From positions 39,105 through 103,104 of the forward strand of contig VBAT01000008.1 in NCBI GenBank assembly GCA_005884665.1: DNA of 64,000 bases, written 5' to 3'. The notes under the pieces are model-generated. The model worked only from the letters and a program-made list of their open reading frames with translations, did no database searches and had not been told where the DNA came from. This stretch comes from Bacteroidota bacterium (GTDB taxonomy: Bacteria > Bacteroidota > Bacteroidia > Chitinophagales > Chitinophagaceae). Shown here piece after piece: positions 18,568-28,588 of this stretch. Position numbers and translations under genes: made by a program. Numbering within the stretch: position 1 is the stretch's first letter; each line of letters starts with the position of its first letter.

Positions 18568-19146
18568 ATGGCAATTCTGAGATTCAGGATATATTTTGAA
18601 GAAGATGAGAGCGTGTACCGTGATGTCTCTATCCGTCACACCCAATCTTTTCTCGAAATGCATGAAGCGATACTTAGAGCTTACGAGTTTGACAATAAAC
18701 ATAAGGCTACTTTTTACCGCAGTAACGACCATTGGCAACGGGGTCGCGAGATCAGCCTGGAACAATATGAAAAAGAGTACAAGGCTGCTCCTTTATTAAT
18801 GAAGGATACAACGATCGGGTCTGAGATCAAAAACCCCAACCAAAAGTTTATCTACCAGTACGATTTCAATAAGAACTGGACATTCCTGGTAGAATTGATC
18901 AATGTGTCAAAAGAAGAAAATCCCAAAATAAGTTATCCTTCGACCATGCGCACTGAAGGCATAGCGCCGAGCCAGTATGGGACCAAGGGTTTGCTGGGAG
19001 AAAAATTCGCCGATGTAGAAGAGAAATATGATCTCACTCAAGGTGCCGATGGTTTTGTTGAAGAAGGAGAAGGAGAGACGGAAACGGAAGGCAGTGATGT
19101 TGCCGGTGATGAAGCCGGCGAAGAAAGTACCACCGAAGAGATCTGA
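18568..19146 (+). CDS. pRiA4b ORF-3-like family protein (IS1096 passenger TnpR-like) with acidic tail
   Basis: Pattern ILRFRIYFEEDESVYRDVSIRHTQSFLEMHEAILRAYEFD...FIYQYDFNKNWTFLVELINV is typical of PF07929-type proteins. The C-terminus is rich in E, G and D. Confidence 0.55.
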   Translation: MAILRFRIYFEEDESVYRDVSIRHTQSFLEMHEAILRAYEFDNKHKATFYRSNDHWQRGREISLEQYEKEYKAAPLLMKDTTIGSEIKNPNQKFIYQYDFNKNWTFLVELINVSKEENPKISYPSTMRTEGIAPSQYGTKGLLGEKFADVEEKYDLTQGADGFVEEGEGETETEGSDVAGDEAGEESTTEEI

Positions 19147-19194
19147 ACAGGTGATTGCACTCCAGATGATCCTAAATTGATATATTATTAATGA

Positions 19195-19226
19195 CCCCGG
19201 TTTCGATTGTCGAAGCCGGGGTTTTT
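19195..19226 (+). terminator. Rho-independent terminator
   Basis: CCCCGGTTTCGA-ttg-TCGAAGCCGGGG followed by TTTTT. It overlaps the TTG 19207 start proposed by the ORF track for miaA, which argues for ATG 19234 instead. Confidence 0.8.
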
Positions 19227-19233
19227 ACTGACA

Positions 19234-20142
19234 ATGCCAGCCGCAAAAAATAAAAAAGTAATAATTGTTGAAGGTCCAACGGCTGTTGGCAAAACGGCTG
19301 TGGCCATTGCCCTCGCGGAACATTTCAAAACCGAGATCATTTCGGCAGACAGCCGGCAATGTTACAGGGAATTAAACATTGGTGTGGCAAGACCTTTACC
19401 GGCAGAATTACAACAAATAAAACATCATTTCATTGCCTCGCATTCGATAAGAGATGAAGTAAGTGCGGCCGGTTTTGAACAGTACGCATTGAAAAAAGCA
19501 GCCGAATTGTTTGAGCAATATGAAAATATTGTAATGGTCGGTGGGACCGGTCTTTATATTAAAGCGTTTAGTGAAGGACTGGATGAGATCCCGGAAACAA
19601 ATCCTGAGATCCGCAAAGAGATAATTTCTAAATACGAAAAAAATGGGCTTCCCTGGTTGCAGCATGAAATGAGTGAAAAGGATCCGGAATTTTTTAAAGT
19701 AGGCGAAATACAAAACCCGCAACGTATGTTAAGGGCCCTGGAGGTTATCGAATCGACTGGCAAATCAATTCTTTATTTCCGCAAAGGAAAAAAAGCCGAA
19801 CGGGACTTTTCAATAGTAAAGATCGGGTTGGAATTGCCCAAGGAGCAATTGCATGAAAACATCCATCAGCGAACCGACAAAATGATTGACGAGGGACTTG
19901 TGCAGGAAGTAAAAAGTTTACAGCCCTATTATAAGCTTAACGCGTTGCAAACGGTAGGCTATTCAGAAATATTTGACTATCTCAATGGTAAAATATCTCT
20001 CAGCGAAGCGACCCGAAACATAAAAACCAATACACGACGGTATGCCAAGCGGCAGATGACCTGGTTCAGGAAAGATAAGGAGGTGAAATGGTTTGCGCCG
20101 GAAGAAATCGATATGATCGTTTCTTATATAGAGAACGGTTAA
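19234..20142 (+). CDS. miaA: tRNA dimethylallyltransferase
   Basis: P-loop VEGPTAVGKTAVAIALA, then ISADSRQCYRELNIGVARP and the YAKRQMTWFR motif. Confidence 0.9.
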   Translation: MPAAKNKKVIIVEGPTAVGKTAVAIALAEHFKTEIISADSRQCYRELNIGVARPLPAELQQIKHHFIASHSIRDEVSAAGFEQYALKKAAELFEQYENIVMVGGTGLYIKAFSEGLDEIPETNPEIRKEIISKYEKNGLPWLQHEMSEKDPEFFKVGEIQNPQRMLRALEVIESTGKSILYFRKGKKAERDFSIVKIGLELPKEQLHENIHQRTDKMIDEGLVQEVKSLQPYYKLNALQTVGYSEIFDYLNGKISLSEATRNIKTNTRRYAKRQMTWFRKDKEVKWFAPEEIDMIVSYIENG

Positions 20143-20230
20143 GGTGAGTGATGAGTGGTGAATACTCAATAGTCAATAGTCTATAGTCTATAGTGAGTGC
20201 TCATAACTTACAACCTGCCAGCCAGCAGGC

Positions 20231-20956
20231 TTATAACTTCTCCGCAATCCACGCAGCTAACTCCCTCTTTATCGCTTCGCCAATTTTCTTTCTTCCTTCC
20301 TCACTGATCAATAATTCACGGCTGATAGCATTATCACCTATTTCCATCAGCACCCGATAAGGAGCGGTATTGATATTCTCATCCAGGCTATAAAAAGAAA
20401 GTTTGCCGGTAACCTGGCATCGATAGTCATTTCTCCCGGTAGTGCTATCGAGCCACACCCCCCGGTCTTCGAGACCGACCGCTACAGAGATAGCTTTTGC
20501 CAATCTCCCGGCCAGTTCCCTATTCTCGGCTTCGTATTTGTCGCCATAGTGAATATATCCCCAGACCGCATTTCTTTTTGTGCCCCCATTGTTATGTACG
20601 GCGATAAATACCGTGGGATGAAGTTTGTTTGATTCCTGCAATTCATACGCATAACCGGAAATTTTTCCTTCTTCGATTGCGGTCGTATGGGATATCTTGG
20701 TATTGCTTCCTGAGTCAGCATGATGATATTCACTTTTGCCCAGGCTCCATACTTTATATTCCTTATACTTTGGTTTCGTTTTCATAGCCGCGTCAATAAT
20801 AGCTCCGCAGGTAGCGGCCTCGCTGAAATCTTTGCCCGTATCTGTTTGGTGAGAAGGCTGCCATACAACAATGATCTTCTTTTTCGTAACCGAACGATGG
20901 AATGACTGTGTCAATACAAACAAAAGCAACACGATCGACATTAAATTTCTACTCAT
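20231..20956 (-). CDS. Putative N-acetylmuramoyl-L-alanine amidase-like protein (weak call)
   Basis: Signal peptide after M at 20956/20941. FIAVHNNGGTKRNAVWGYIH and ENRELAGRLAKAI resemble Amidase_3-type motifs. Assignment is tentative. The track start 21001 overlaps the upstream gene by 53 nt. Confidence 0.4.
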   Translation of the reverse strand: MSRNLMSIVLLLFVLTQSFHRSVTKKKIIVVWQPSHQTDTGKDFSEAATCGAIIDAAMKTKPKYKEYKVWSLGKSEYHHADSGSNTKISHTTAIEEGKISGYAYELQESNKLHPTVFIAVHNNGGTKRNAVWGYIHYGDKYEAENRELAGRLAKAISVAVGLEDRGVWLDSTTGRNDYRCQVTGKLSFYSLDENINTAPYRVLMEIGDNAISRELLISEEGRKKIGEAIKRELAAWIAEKL

Positions 20957-21452
20957 AAAGGGTTTGATTTTCGTGTTTAATTTTTTTAGCCGGCGACTCA
21001 AGGTTAGTTAAGAAGCGGTTGATAGACTTTTTATTAAATCGGGCGACCCGGAATTCTATGCTGTTAAATTTTCCATTGACCCGTATAAGGAGGCGCCTTG
21101 ACAGCAATAGAAAAATAAATGATATTGTGAGCGGGAATAGTGATGCAACCAGCATGTAGTTCTCGTATGCGACCAGACTAAGAATCCATGGCACTTTTCC
21201 CAAACTGTACTCAAACGGCCAAAGTCGATTATAGCCTTTTGCCAGCAGTATAAACACAGTGATGGTTGTAAAAATAACAGTAAGAATTTTATAGTTGCCA
21301 ATATGGTAGTCTTTTAATTCATAGTTTAAAAAATCTTCCAGCATCACCTGCTGTTTGTCAGAACCCGCATGATGAATGACCCTGTGCGTTGTCAATACCA
21401 CAGAGTGGTCATCTGAAAACATTAGTGTTTCTTCATTCTTTAATTCAAACAT
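20949..21452 (-). CDS. Hypothetical membrane protein
   Basis: Start MFELKNEETLMFSDDHSVVLTTHRVIHH at 21452, two nt after the upstream stop codon (21455-21457). Two or three TM helices (ILTVIFTTITVFILLA; LVASLFPLTISFIFLLL). Confidence 0.5.
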   Translation of the reverse strand: MFELKNEETLMFSDDHSVVLTTHRVIHHAGSDKQQVMLEDFLNYELKDYHIGNYKILTVIFTTITVFILLAKGYNRLWPFEYSLGKVPWILSLVAYENYMLVASLFPLTISFIFLLLSRRLLIRVNGKFNSIEFRVARFNKKSINRFLTNLESPAKKIKHENQTLYE

Positions 21453-21454
21453 GC

Positions 21455-22960
21455 TCAATCTTTCTTGTACAATACCCAAATATCGTTGATCGTGTTTATT
21501 TTTTTCGAAGCTAAGAACTCGTTGATATTCCACAGTAGTTTTGAGGAATAAAGGACTGGCTTATAACCAAGACTGTCGAGCATCGGTCTTCCCTGTTTCA
21601 GGTCATTGTAAGTTACCGCCAGGTAAATATTATCGCCAAGCAGCCTTCTCACGGAATCTGCATATGCAATTTTCTTCAGGTCGAGATTATTAAATGATCG
21701 TTTGTAAAAAATAAGCGGTGAACCTCCCGGCGTTTCAAACGGACTTCGTAATAAATAATAGACTGTGGAGGGCCTCCTGCCAAATTCTTTTTTTAGTTTG
21801 GAAGTAAAGTGAACCGACTGCGAATAGGGGATAACCGCAAATAATATCAACACAACAGTATTCAATACGATGCTTATGACCAATGCGAGCCTGATCAGCG
21901 ATGCGATCCATTTTTTGCATTTATGATAATAGTCGAAGAGATCAGGAAGTGCAAAGCCGATCACGATGGGTAGTGCGTTGAATACCGGGAACAGGAATCT
22001 CTCCTCTTTATGCCCTACGAGACAATGAAAAAGGATAAAAAGGAACACAGCCAGGACGACGGGTTGCCTGAATTTTTTAATGACGGCTTTACAGCCATAA
22101 TAAAATAAAATCAGGCTGAAAGGTGGGGCTGTGATAACGGCGATAAGCAGGCTGATATATCGCAGGAAACTGGATGTTCCGAACTGGGAAGCACGCCCCT
22201 GGGTAATATTGGCGGAAAAATATTCGTAGGGAATAAATATCCATTCCCCGTAAAAACGACTATCCATATAAACATTCAACGCGGTCGCTAATAAAAATCC
22301 CAGGATCATAGGAAATATGTGTCGGTATCTTTTTTCTATAAAGAGCAGCCACAAGCCAAATCCTACGATGCAAAATCCCATTTGAAACCGGAAAAAAAAT
22401 GCAAGTCCTAATAAGAACCCTGTCAAAGCGGGATACCACCAGCCGGGTCTTTGTTTTTTTACCTCGTACAAATAAAGGGCGGCGAAGAAAAACAAAGACG
22501 ATACGATCTCCGAGCAAAACAGTGTTCGTGTATAGGGCAGCATCCAGGAAAAATCCAGGATCAGCAACACGCTATATAGGACCTTCGGGTTTTTATTTTT
22601 AAAATAGAAAAGAGCGAGAAGATTGAAAACTGTGAACATCGCCAGTCCAAGCACGATCCTTAATAGCGTCAGCTGTGTGTAAGGGTCGTCTATATTTAAA
22701 AACGTGCAGAGTTTGTAATAACCGGAAAAAAGATAGATCTGTAAGCTGGCTCTTACGAAATGAGTAAATTCCCAAACATGGCTTACCCCGGATTCTTTTC
22801 CCAACTGCCAGGAAGAAAACTCTATGATCGAAAAATGCTGGTCGGGATGATAAAAACCGGTTGCCGTGATGCAGGTAACAAATTGAATAATGAAACCACC
22901 GGCTAAGATCATTTGCAATTTCCGGTCCTTTTGTATCAATTTCTTTACTTCAGCGAGCAT
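21455..22960 (-). CDS. Membrane glycosyltransferase, GT22 (Alg9/PIG-B-like mannosyltransferase) family
   Basis: About 10 TM segments. The N-terminal loop motif HPDQHFSIIEF matches the GT22 HPDExFQ signature. Confidence 0.6.
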   Translation of the reverse strand: MLAEVKKLIQKDRKLQMILAGGFIIQFVTCITATGFYHPDQHFSIIEFSSWQLGKESGVSHVWEFTHFVRASLQIYLFSGYYKLCTFLNIDDPYTQLTLLRIVLGLAMFTVFNLLALFYFKNKNPKVLYSVLLILDFSWMLPYTRTLFCSEIVSSLFFFAALYLYEVKKQRPGWWYPALTGFLLGLAFFFRFQMGFCIVGFGLWLLFIEKRYRHIFPMILGFLLATALNVYMDSRFYGEWIFIPYEYFSANITQGRASQFGTSSFLRYISLLIAVITAPPFSLILFYYGCKAVIKKFRQPVVLAVFLFILFHCLVGHKEERFLFPVFNALPIVIGFALPDLFDYYHKCKKWIASLIRLALVISIVLNTVVLILFAVIPYSQSVHFTSKLKKEFGRRPSTVYYLLRSPFETPGGSPLIFYKRSFNNLDLKKIAYADSVRRLLGDNIYLAVTYNDLKQGRPMLDSLGYKPVLYSSKLLWNINEFLASKKINTINDIWVLYKKD

Positions 22961-23007
22961 GCGCTAAAGTAATGGATAAATCAGATTGGTATTACTCTTA
23001 GTGCAAA

Positions 23008-23036
23008 TAAAAAAGGGTGTCGGAGGACACCCTTTC
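23008..23036 (-). terminator. Rho-independent terminator downstream of the 23057-24598 gene
   Basis: The minus strand reads AGGGTGTCC-tc-CGACACCCT followed by TTTTTT (A-run 23008-23013 on +). Confidence 0.75.
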
Positions 23037-23056
23037 GTCGTGGTACTATTCCGTTA

Positions 23057-24598
23057 TTATATCTTAAATCCAATGGTCAATACGGCATTGCCTCCCGTTT
23101 GCTTTAAGGTTGCGGCTGTAAACGGTGAGCTTTGCAGGCGATAAGGGAAATGAACATCCTTTCCCATAGTGTGCATATAAGCTACGTCTATAAAAAACCC
23201 TTTGTTGCGATAACCCAATCCGCCAGATAACTGGAAGCGGCTTCCTTTTTCCCCAGCAAGATTTTTATAAGGATTTCCATAATAAGCGCCGCCCAGGCGG
23301 ACCATGAAGGTGGTAAATTTCAATTCACCGCCTAACCGGAAATTAAGCGCCCCTTTATAGGCATTGTCAATGGCTGTATTTAACGACTTGAGATAATCTT
23401 TTGTAGTCTGTGTGTTGTCTCCGTCGTTTGAGGTACTATAGGAGGAAGCCTTGTAGTTTGTGTATTCAATATCCGCGGTCACAAATCCTTTTTGTTTCCT
23501 GACATCTTCTACTTCGCGGAATACATAAGAGCCGCTGATCATGACACGGTAGGGTGTTCGGAGGTTATATTTAAACTCAGCATCTTTACCATCATTAAAA
23601 TCATTTGAACTTTGCGTCCATTCATGCTGATAGTTCTCGGTATTTGTCGTCACGGAAGAATTGTATTCGTCGGTCAATGAATAGAATGTTGGAGTATGAA
23701 TGGCCAGCCCCAGCCTGATATATTCTACTGGTTTGTAGATCGCGCCCAGTTTCACATTGAAGCCCGCCCCACTGGTAGTAAGATTTTCGGTAATGGTACC
23801 GAAATCAAAGTTATTGTCATCGGTGGTTGGGTCGGCTTCTAGGAATGTAGATTCTTTTCTATAATGAAGGAAAGGAATTCCAATTGCACCACCTATTAGA
23901 AATTTTTCGTTGTAATTGAATGCACCGGCCAAAGAAATTTCCGTGATACCACCCCTGTTCTTCACAGTTTGTTGCTGCAACAAACCTCCGTGAGCCAGCA
24001 ACGGCGTAGCCAATGACACAAATTGTTTATTGCCACCTGTCCATCCATTGGCGGTATCAATCCAGAACGTGTTAAAGGCCAGACTTGTTCCAAACGGGTA
24101 GTTTATTGCCACCGAACTTGGATCATTATCCTTATTGTTAGCTATCTCTTCGAGGAATTTTTGCGAATAGGATGATTCATTGTTAAGACCCCTGTATAAA
24201 ATATCGCTGTTAAAGTTGGCTGTCTGGTTAACTGCCAACGCGATCGCGGAACTCTTGTTCTTACGATCACTATTGCCAAATACTACCCCCGATGTACCAA
24301 AGGAAAAAACATCTCTTCCCTCTTTTTCAGTTCTGCCAAAATAGGAAGCTTTGTTAGTTGAAAACCGGTAAGCCGGGGTCAATACAAAATCGCCTGTTTT
24401 ATAAAAACCAAGGCCTGCAGGATTAATAAAGGTGGCTGAGATATCGCCGCCTAACGACCCTCCAGCTCCTCCAATCGCCTGTTGCCTGGCGGTTCCGTTC
24501 GGAGCATACCATGAAAATCTAAGAGCATCGGCCGGTTCCTGCGCCCGGAGGTATTGCATCGAGGCAATACTGATCAATATGAAAAATATCTTTTTCAT
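23057..24598 (-). CDS. Outer-membrane beta-barrel protein (FadL/TodX-like transport family, tentative)
   Basis: Signal peptide. N-terminus AQEPADALRFSWYAPNGTARQQAIGGAGGSLGGDISATFINPAGLG, alternating beta pattern, C-terminal LTIGFKI. Confidence 0.5.
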   Translation of the reverse strand: MKKIFFILISIASMQYLRAQEPADALRFSWYAPNGTARQQAIGGAGGSLGGDISATFINPAGLGFYKTGDFVLTPAYRFSTNKASYFGRTEKEGRDVFSFGTSGVVFGNSDRKNKSSAIALAVNQTANFNSDILYRGLNNESSYSQKFLEEIANNKDNDPSSVAINYPFGTSLAFNTFWIDTANGWTGGNKQFVSLATPLLAHGGLLQQQTVKNRGGITEISLAGAFNYNEKFLIGGAIGIPFLHYRKESTFLEADPTTDDNNFDFGTITENLTTSGAGFNVKLGAIYKPVEYIRLGLAIHTPTFYSLTDEYNSSVTTNTENYQHEWTQSSNDFNDGKDAEFKYNLRTPYRVMISGSYVFREVEDVRKQKGFVTADIEYTNYKASSYSTSNDGDNTQTTKDYLKSLNTAIDNAYKGALNFRLGGELKFTTFMVRLGGAYYGNPYKNLAGEKGSRFQLSGGLGYRNKGFFIDVAYMHTMGKDVHFPYRLQSSPFTAATLKQTGGNAVLTIGFKI

Positions 24599-24674
24599 TC
24601 TATTGAAAGTTATCGGTATTAATAAAAGTTGTTGCCTGAGCAGCCTGCCTACCGGCAGGCAGGTCGTTTCATTT

Positions 24675-24708
24675 TAAAAACCCTCTTGCAGTTTCCTGCA
24701 AAAGGGCT
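24675..24708 (-). terminator. Rho-independent terminator downstream of the lipoprotein gene
   Basis: The minus strand reads CCCTTTTGCAG-gaaa-CTGCAAGAGGG followed by TTTTT. Confidence 0.75.
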
Positions 24709-24716
24709 TAAAAGTA

Positions 24717-25430
24717 TTAAAATCTTCTTACAGGTGCATGGCCACCGCCACCGGATGAACCTGAACTTGAACTGCTGGAAGAAGAGGAAGAGCTGCTTGA
24801 TCTCGGGCTTGAAGAACTTCCAGAAGAACTGTTGGAACTTCCGGAACTGCCACCGTTAAATACATTGCGTAAGAAATTTCCGGCGCCACTGTTACCGCTA
24901 TTACTATTATTACTGCTGCTATTGTTGCTGTATGAGCTTTGATAGGGTCTTACACCACCTTTGGGGTGATTAGGATTTGAATACTGGCTATTCGTCAGCA
25001 TATTGTTGTTGTAAGTATTCAGGTTCACAGTTCTCGGATGATTAAAAACGGGACTCTTGGGGGTAACAATAACATAGCTTTGATAATAGGGATTGTAATG
25101 ACTGTTCCAGTATGTGCAGGGCGAGTAAGGATTGCTCCAGTAAAAACCATTGTAATAACTATAGTCATAACGGTTGCCATAATAGTAGTAATCGTCGAGA
25201 GCCGACCACTGAGTCCTGTTATGCACTCTCATCCGCAGGTAACGATCATCATAATATTCTTCCCTGCTTTGATAGCGTGGCTGTTCTCTTTTTTCTGTAC
25301 GCACATATTCATCTTGCGGGCGCGTAGGAGAAAAATAAACATCATCGGGAGTTTGGCCGGTCTTGTACGCGGTGGTGCAGCTACTCAAGGCGGCAACTAC
25401 TAATGCCAGAAGTAAAATTTGAGATTTCAT
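24717..25430 (-). CDS. Hypothetical lipoprotein with a Tyr/Asn-rich core and poly-Ser tail
   Basis: Lipobox LSSC. Tyr-rich region (DDYYYYGNRYDYSYYNGFYWSNPYSP). C-terminal low complexity SSGSSSSPRSSSSSSSSSSSSSGSSGGGG. Confidence 0.6.
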   Translation of the reverse strand: MKSQILLLALVVAALSSCTTAYKTGQTPDDVYFSPTRPQDEYVRTEKREQPRYQSREEYYDDRYLRMRVHNRTQWSALDDYYYYGNRYDYSYYNGFYWSNPYSPCTYWNSHYNPYYQSYVIVTPKSPVFNHPRTVNLNTYNNNMLTNSQYSNPNHPKGGVRPYQSSYSNNSSSNNSNSGNSGAGNFLRNVFNGGSSGSSNSSSGSSSSPRSSSSSSSSSSSSSGSSGGGGHAPVRRF

Positions 25431-25486
25431 GGCAAATGGTTTTAGAGGTTTAAAATTGAAGTTACTACTTTTGTCCGGATTTCACC

Positions 25487-25506
25487 TTACACAAACGTTT
25501 GTGTAA
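25487..25506. promoter_or_regulatory. Perfect 20-bp palindrome, candidate operator
   Basis: TTACACAAAC|GTTTGTGTAA lies in the divergent intergenic region between the lipoprotein gene and proS. Confidence 0.35.
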
Positions 25507-25607
25507 CAAATTTGCGAATGTTGTTTGATAAAAGTATGTGCGACATTGTTAATTAAAATAAAAAGTTCACGGTTGCGGCGTAAGTCAACCCGGATTGGTA
25601 ACCAGTT

Positions 25608-27086
25608 ATGAGCAAGGAAATAACTTCAAGAGCACAGGATTATTCTCAATGGTACAATGATCTTGTCATTAAAGGCGAATTAGCAGATTATTCAGCAGTG
25701 AGAGGTTGTATGGTAATTAAACCATATGGCTTCGCCCTCTGGGAAAACATGAGGGACGCAATGGATAAGATGTTTAAGGACACTGGCCATCAGAATGCTT
25801 ACTTTCCCTTATTTGTTCCAAAAAGCCTGTTCGAAGCCGAAGAAAAGAATGCTGAGGGTTTTGCCAAGGAATGTGCGATCGTGACGCACTATCGGCTGAA
25901 AACCGATCCTGACAAAAAAGGAAAATTGATGGTTGATCCGGAAGCCAAACTCGAGGAAGAGCTGATCATCCGTCCTACAAGCGAAGCCATTATCTGGAAT
26001 ACCTACAAAGGATGGATCCAATCTTACCGCGATCTTCCGCTGTTGATCAATCAATGGTGCAACGTGGTCAGATGGGAAATGCGGACAAGATTGTTTCTCC
26101 GTACTGCGGAGTTTTTATGGCAGGAAGGACATACCGCTCATTCGACTTCAGAAGAAGCCGTTGCTGAAACCAGGCAGATGCTGGATGTCTATGCGGACTT
26201 CGTGGAAAACTGGATGGCTGTGCCAGTGATCAAAGGAGTAAAAACGGAAAGCGAACGCTTTGCAGGCGCAGTAGATACCTATTGCATCGAATCGTTGATG
26301 CAGGATGGTAAGGCATTGCAGTCGGGTACCTCGCATTTTCTCGGACAGAATTTCGCAAAAGCATTTGATGTAAAATTCCTGAATAAAGAAAATCAGCTGG
26401 AACATGTATGGGCTACGAGCTGGGGGGTAAGCACGAGGCTGGTAGGCGCATTGGTAATGGCCCATGGAGACGACCAGGGACTGATCTTACCGCCAAGGAT
26501 CGCTCCGCTGCAGGCTGTGATAGTACCGATATACAAAGGTGATCAGCAGAAAGCAACCGTTGATGCAAAGGCAAAAGAAATAATAAAGCAATTGAAGGAA
26601 CTTGGGATACGGGTAAAATATGATAACAATGATAACGCGAGACCGGGTTGGAAATTCGCGGAATATGAAATGAAAGGCGTACCGGTAAGGATCACGTTGG
26701 GAGCCAGGGATCTTGAAAACAATGTCGCCGAGATAGCCCGGCGTGATACCAAGGAAAAAAGAAACGTCTCCCTTGATGGCATTGCAGCCTATGTAAACGA
26801 ACTGCTGGCTGAAATACAAAAGAATTTATTTGACAGGGCAAAGTCTTTCCGTGATGAACATATCACGCCGGCCGATACCTGGAATGAATTTGAAAAATTG
26901 CTCGATGAGAAAGGCGGGTTTATCTCCGCTCATTGGGACGGTACAGCTGAAACGGAAGAAACCATTAAAGAAAAAACCAAGGCGACGATACGTTGTATTC
27001 CTCTCAATAACCCGCAGGAAGATGGCAAATGTATCCTGACAGGCAAATCATCCAAACAAAGAGTATTATTTGCAAGAGCGTATTAA
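25608..27086 (+). CDS. proS: Proline--tRNA ligase (archaeal/eukaryote-like type)
   Basis: [36 protein letters not shown], with class II motifs ([15 protein letters not shown]; [14 protein letters not shown]) and a C-terminal Zn-like region. Confidence 0.93.
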   Translation: MSKEITSRAQDYSQWYNDLVIKGELADYSAVRGCMVIKPYGFALWENMRDAMDKMFKDTGHQNAYFPLFVPKSLFEAEEKNAEGFAKECAIVTHYRLKTDPDKKGKLMVDPEAKLEEELIIRPTSEAIIWNTYKGWIQSYRDLPLLINQWCNVVRWEMRTRLFLRTAEFLWQEGHTAHSTSEEAVAETRQMLDVYADFVENWMAVPVIKGVKTESERFAGAVDTYCIESLMQDGKALQSGTSHFLGQNFAKAFDVKFLNKENQLEHVWATSWGVSTRLVGALVMAHGDDQGLILPPRIAPLQAVIVPIYKGDQQKATVDAKAKEIIKQLKELGIRVKYDNNDNARPGWKFAEYEMKGVPVRITLGARDLENNVAEIARRDTKEKRNVSLDGIAAYVNELLAEIQKNLFDRAKSFRDEHITPADTWNEFEKLLDEKGGFISAHWDGTAETEETIKEKTKATIRCIPLNNPQEDGKCILTGKSSKQRVLFARAY

Positions 27087-27099
27087 TTCAACTAAAGCA

Positions 27100-27138
27100 C
27101 CAAGAACCGAAGAACCAAGAACCAAGAACCAAGAACCG
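27100..27138. repeat. Short-period (7-8 nt) tandem repeat (AAGAACC)n, with an inverted partner at 27245-27253
   Basis: ccaagaaccgaagaaccaagaaccaagaaccaagaacc, with ggttcttgg about 110 nt downstream. A related copy is at 63593-63617. Confidence 0.8.
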
Positions 27139-27359
27139 AATAAGCTCCAAAACAAAATTATAAATCAAAAGGCGGTGTCGGAAAGTAGTTTTTGATATTC
27201 TGATTTATTATTTCCAATTTATTTATCCCACCAATTGGCGGGATTGGTTCTTGGAATTTGGAATTTCTTCCATCTAAGAGTGTGGCTTATTATTTTTTTC
27301 CGGTTAAGATCAATTAACTATTTTCGAAACCCGTATTTATTTCAATACGAAACCAACCT

Positions 27360-28025
27360 ATGCTGATTTGTCCCAACTGCGGAGCCAGGAATATTGATTC
27401 GGCGAAGTTTTGCGTCAATTGCGGTGCTGAGTTACCGGATGCAAGCAAAGAAAAATCTCCGGTTTCGCAAACTTCAGAGACTCCAGCTGTTTCCCGCAGT
27501 GGAGCCTCGCTGGTGACGGTAACTCAATCTCCCGCACCCCGTTCACATAACTATTCAAAGACACCTTTTTTTACGCACCTGGCATTCTGGGGAAGCCTGA
27601 TGATCATAGCCGGATTTTTTTTAAACTGGATCAATTTCGGCGAAGGAAATATTACAGGCCTGAGCATACTTTCAGCGGCCAGTAATGTTGCAAAGGAAAA
27701 CGATCCGGCGAACCTGGGAATGGGTATGTTAATAGTCGTGTCGGTCATACTTCTTTCAGCAGTCATTTGTTTTTTTTATGTTATCGGGGTCAGGATAGGA
27801 AGAGGCGTTTTTGCTTTTTTCAAAATCATACCATTGCTGGTATTAATTGCTCTGGTTGCTTATGTCCTAATACAAATCAGGCAGTCGGGTAAGAGTAGCG
27901 AAGAAGGTGATTTACTGGATCCGGCGAATTTTAGCAATACGTTTGAATGGAAAATGCTGGGAGTAGGCCTGTATCTCACGCTGGTTGGATCGGTGCTGAT
28001 GGCGATTTCACGAAGCAGGCGATAA
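27360..28025 (+). CDS. Zinc-ribbon domain-containing membrane protein
   Basis: N-terminal CPNCGARNIDSAKFCVNCGAEL, followed by 4 TM helices. Confidence 0.7.
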   Translation: MLICPNCGARNIDSAKFCVNCGAELPDASKEKSPVSQTSETPAVSRSGASLVTVTQSPAPRSHNYSKTPFFTHLAFWGSLMIIAGFFLNWINFGEGNITGLSILSAASNVAKENDPANLGMGMLIVVSVILLSAVICFFYVIGVRIGRGVFAFFKIIPLLVLIALVAYVLIQIRQSGKSSEEGDLLDPANFSNTFEWKMLGVGLYLTLVGSVLMAISRSRR

Positions 28026-28103
28026 ACTTTATAGTTTACTTTTTTGCGATAATTGTTTCAATCGACGCATAACCTGGCCGACAACAAACTAAAACCAACT
28101 AAT

Positions 28104-28574
28104 ATGGAACAAAATGAAAACAAGTCCTTATTTGGACTGAATATCGATCTCAATTCTAAAAATCATTTATCGGCGGCAGCCGGTTGGGCCAAATTCCTGG
28201 CGATAGTCGGATTTATTGGCTGCGGCCTGCTTATCTTGTTCGGAATTTTTGCCGGATCAATTTTTCAATCCTACAATTCGCGCTATGAAGGCTTCGACAG
28301 AAATCCCATGATGGGCACAAGAGGGTTTGGCGCTTTCGCAGCTACATTTTATATTCTTATCGCGTTGCTTTATTTCTTTCCCTGCCTCTTCCTTTTCAAT
28401 TTCGCGTCGAAAATGAAATCGGCGCTGCTTGCCGACGACCAGGACCAGCTGAATTCTTCTTTTCAAAACCTGAAACGGACATTCCGCTATATGGGTGTGC
28501 TTACGATTATCGGGTTATCGTTTTATGTGCTGGCAATACTGGTGGTGCTTCTCATGGCGTCTTCATCACGGTAA
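28104..28574 (+). CDS. Hypothetical membrane protein
   Basis: Starts MEQNENKSLFGLNIDLNS with about 4 TM helices. The track's 28053 TTG start is less likely. Confidence 0.5.
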   Translation: MEQNENKSLFGLNIDLNSKNHLSAAAGWAKFLAIVGFIGCGLLILFGIFAGSIFQSYNSRYEGFDRNPMMGTRGFGAFAATFYILIALLYFFPCLFLFNFASKMKSALLADDQDQLNSSFQNLKRTFRYMGVLTIIGLSFYVLAILVVLLMASSSR

Positions 28575-28588
28575 CCGAAGTAAGGGAA

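Noticed and set aside
25038-25403. 121-aa and 71-aa + strand ORFs antisense to the Tyr/Ser-rich lipoprotein gene
   Set aside because: They mirror a low-complexity coding region. The minus-strand frame has a lipobox, a terminator and a sensible context.
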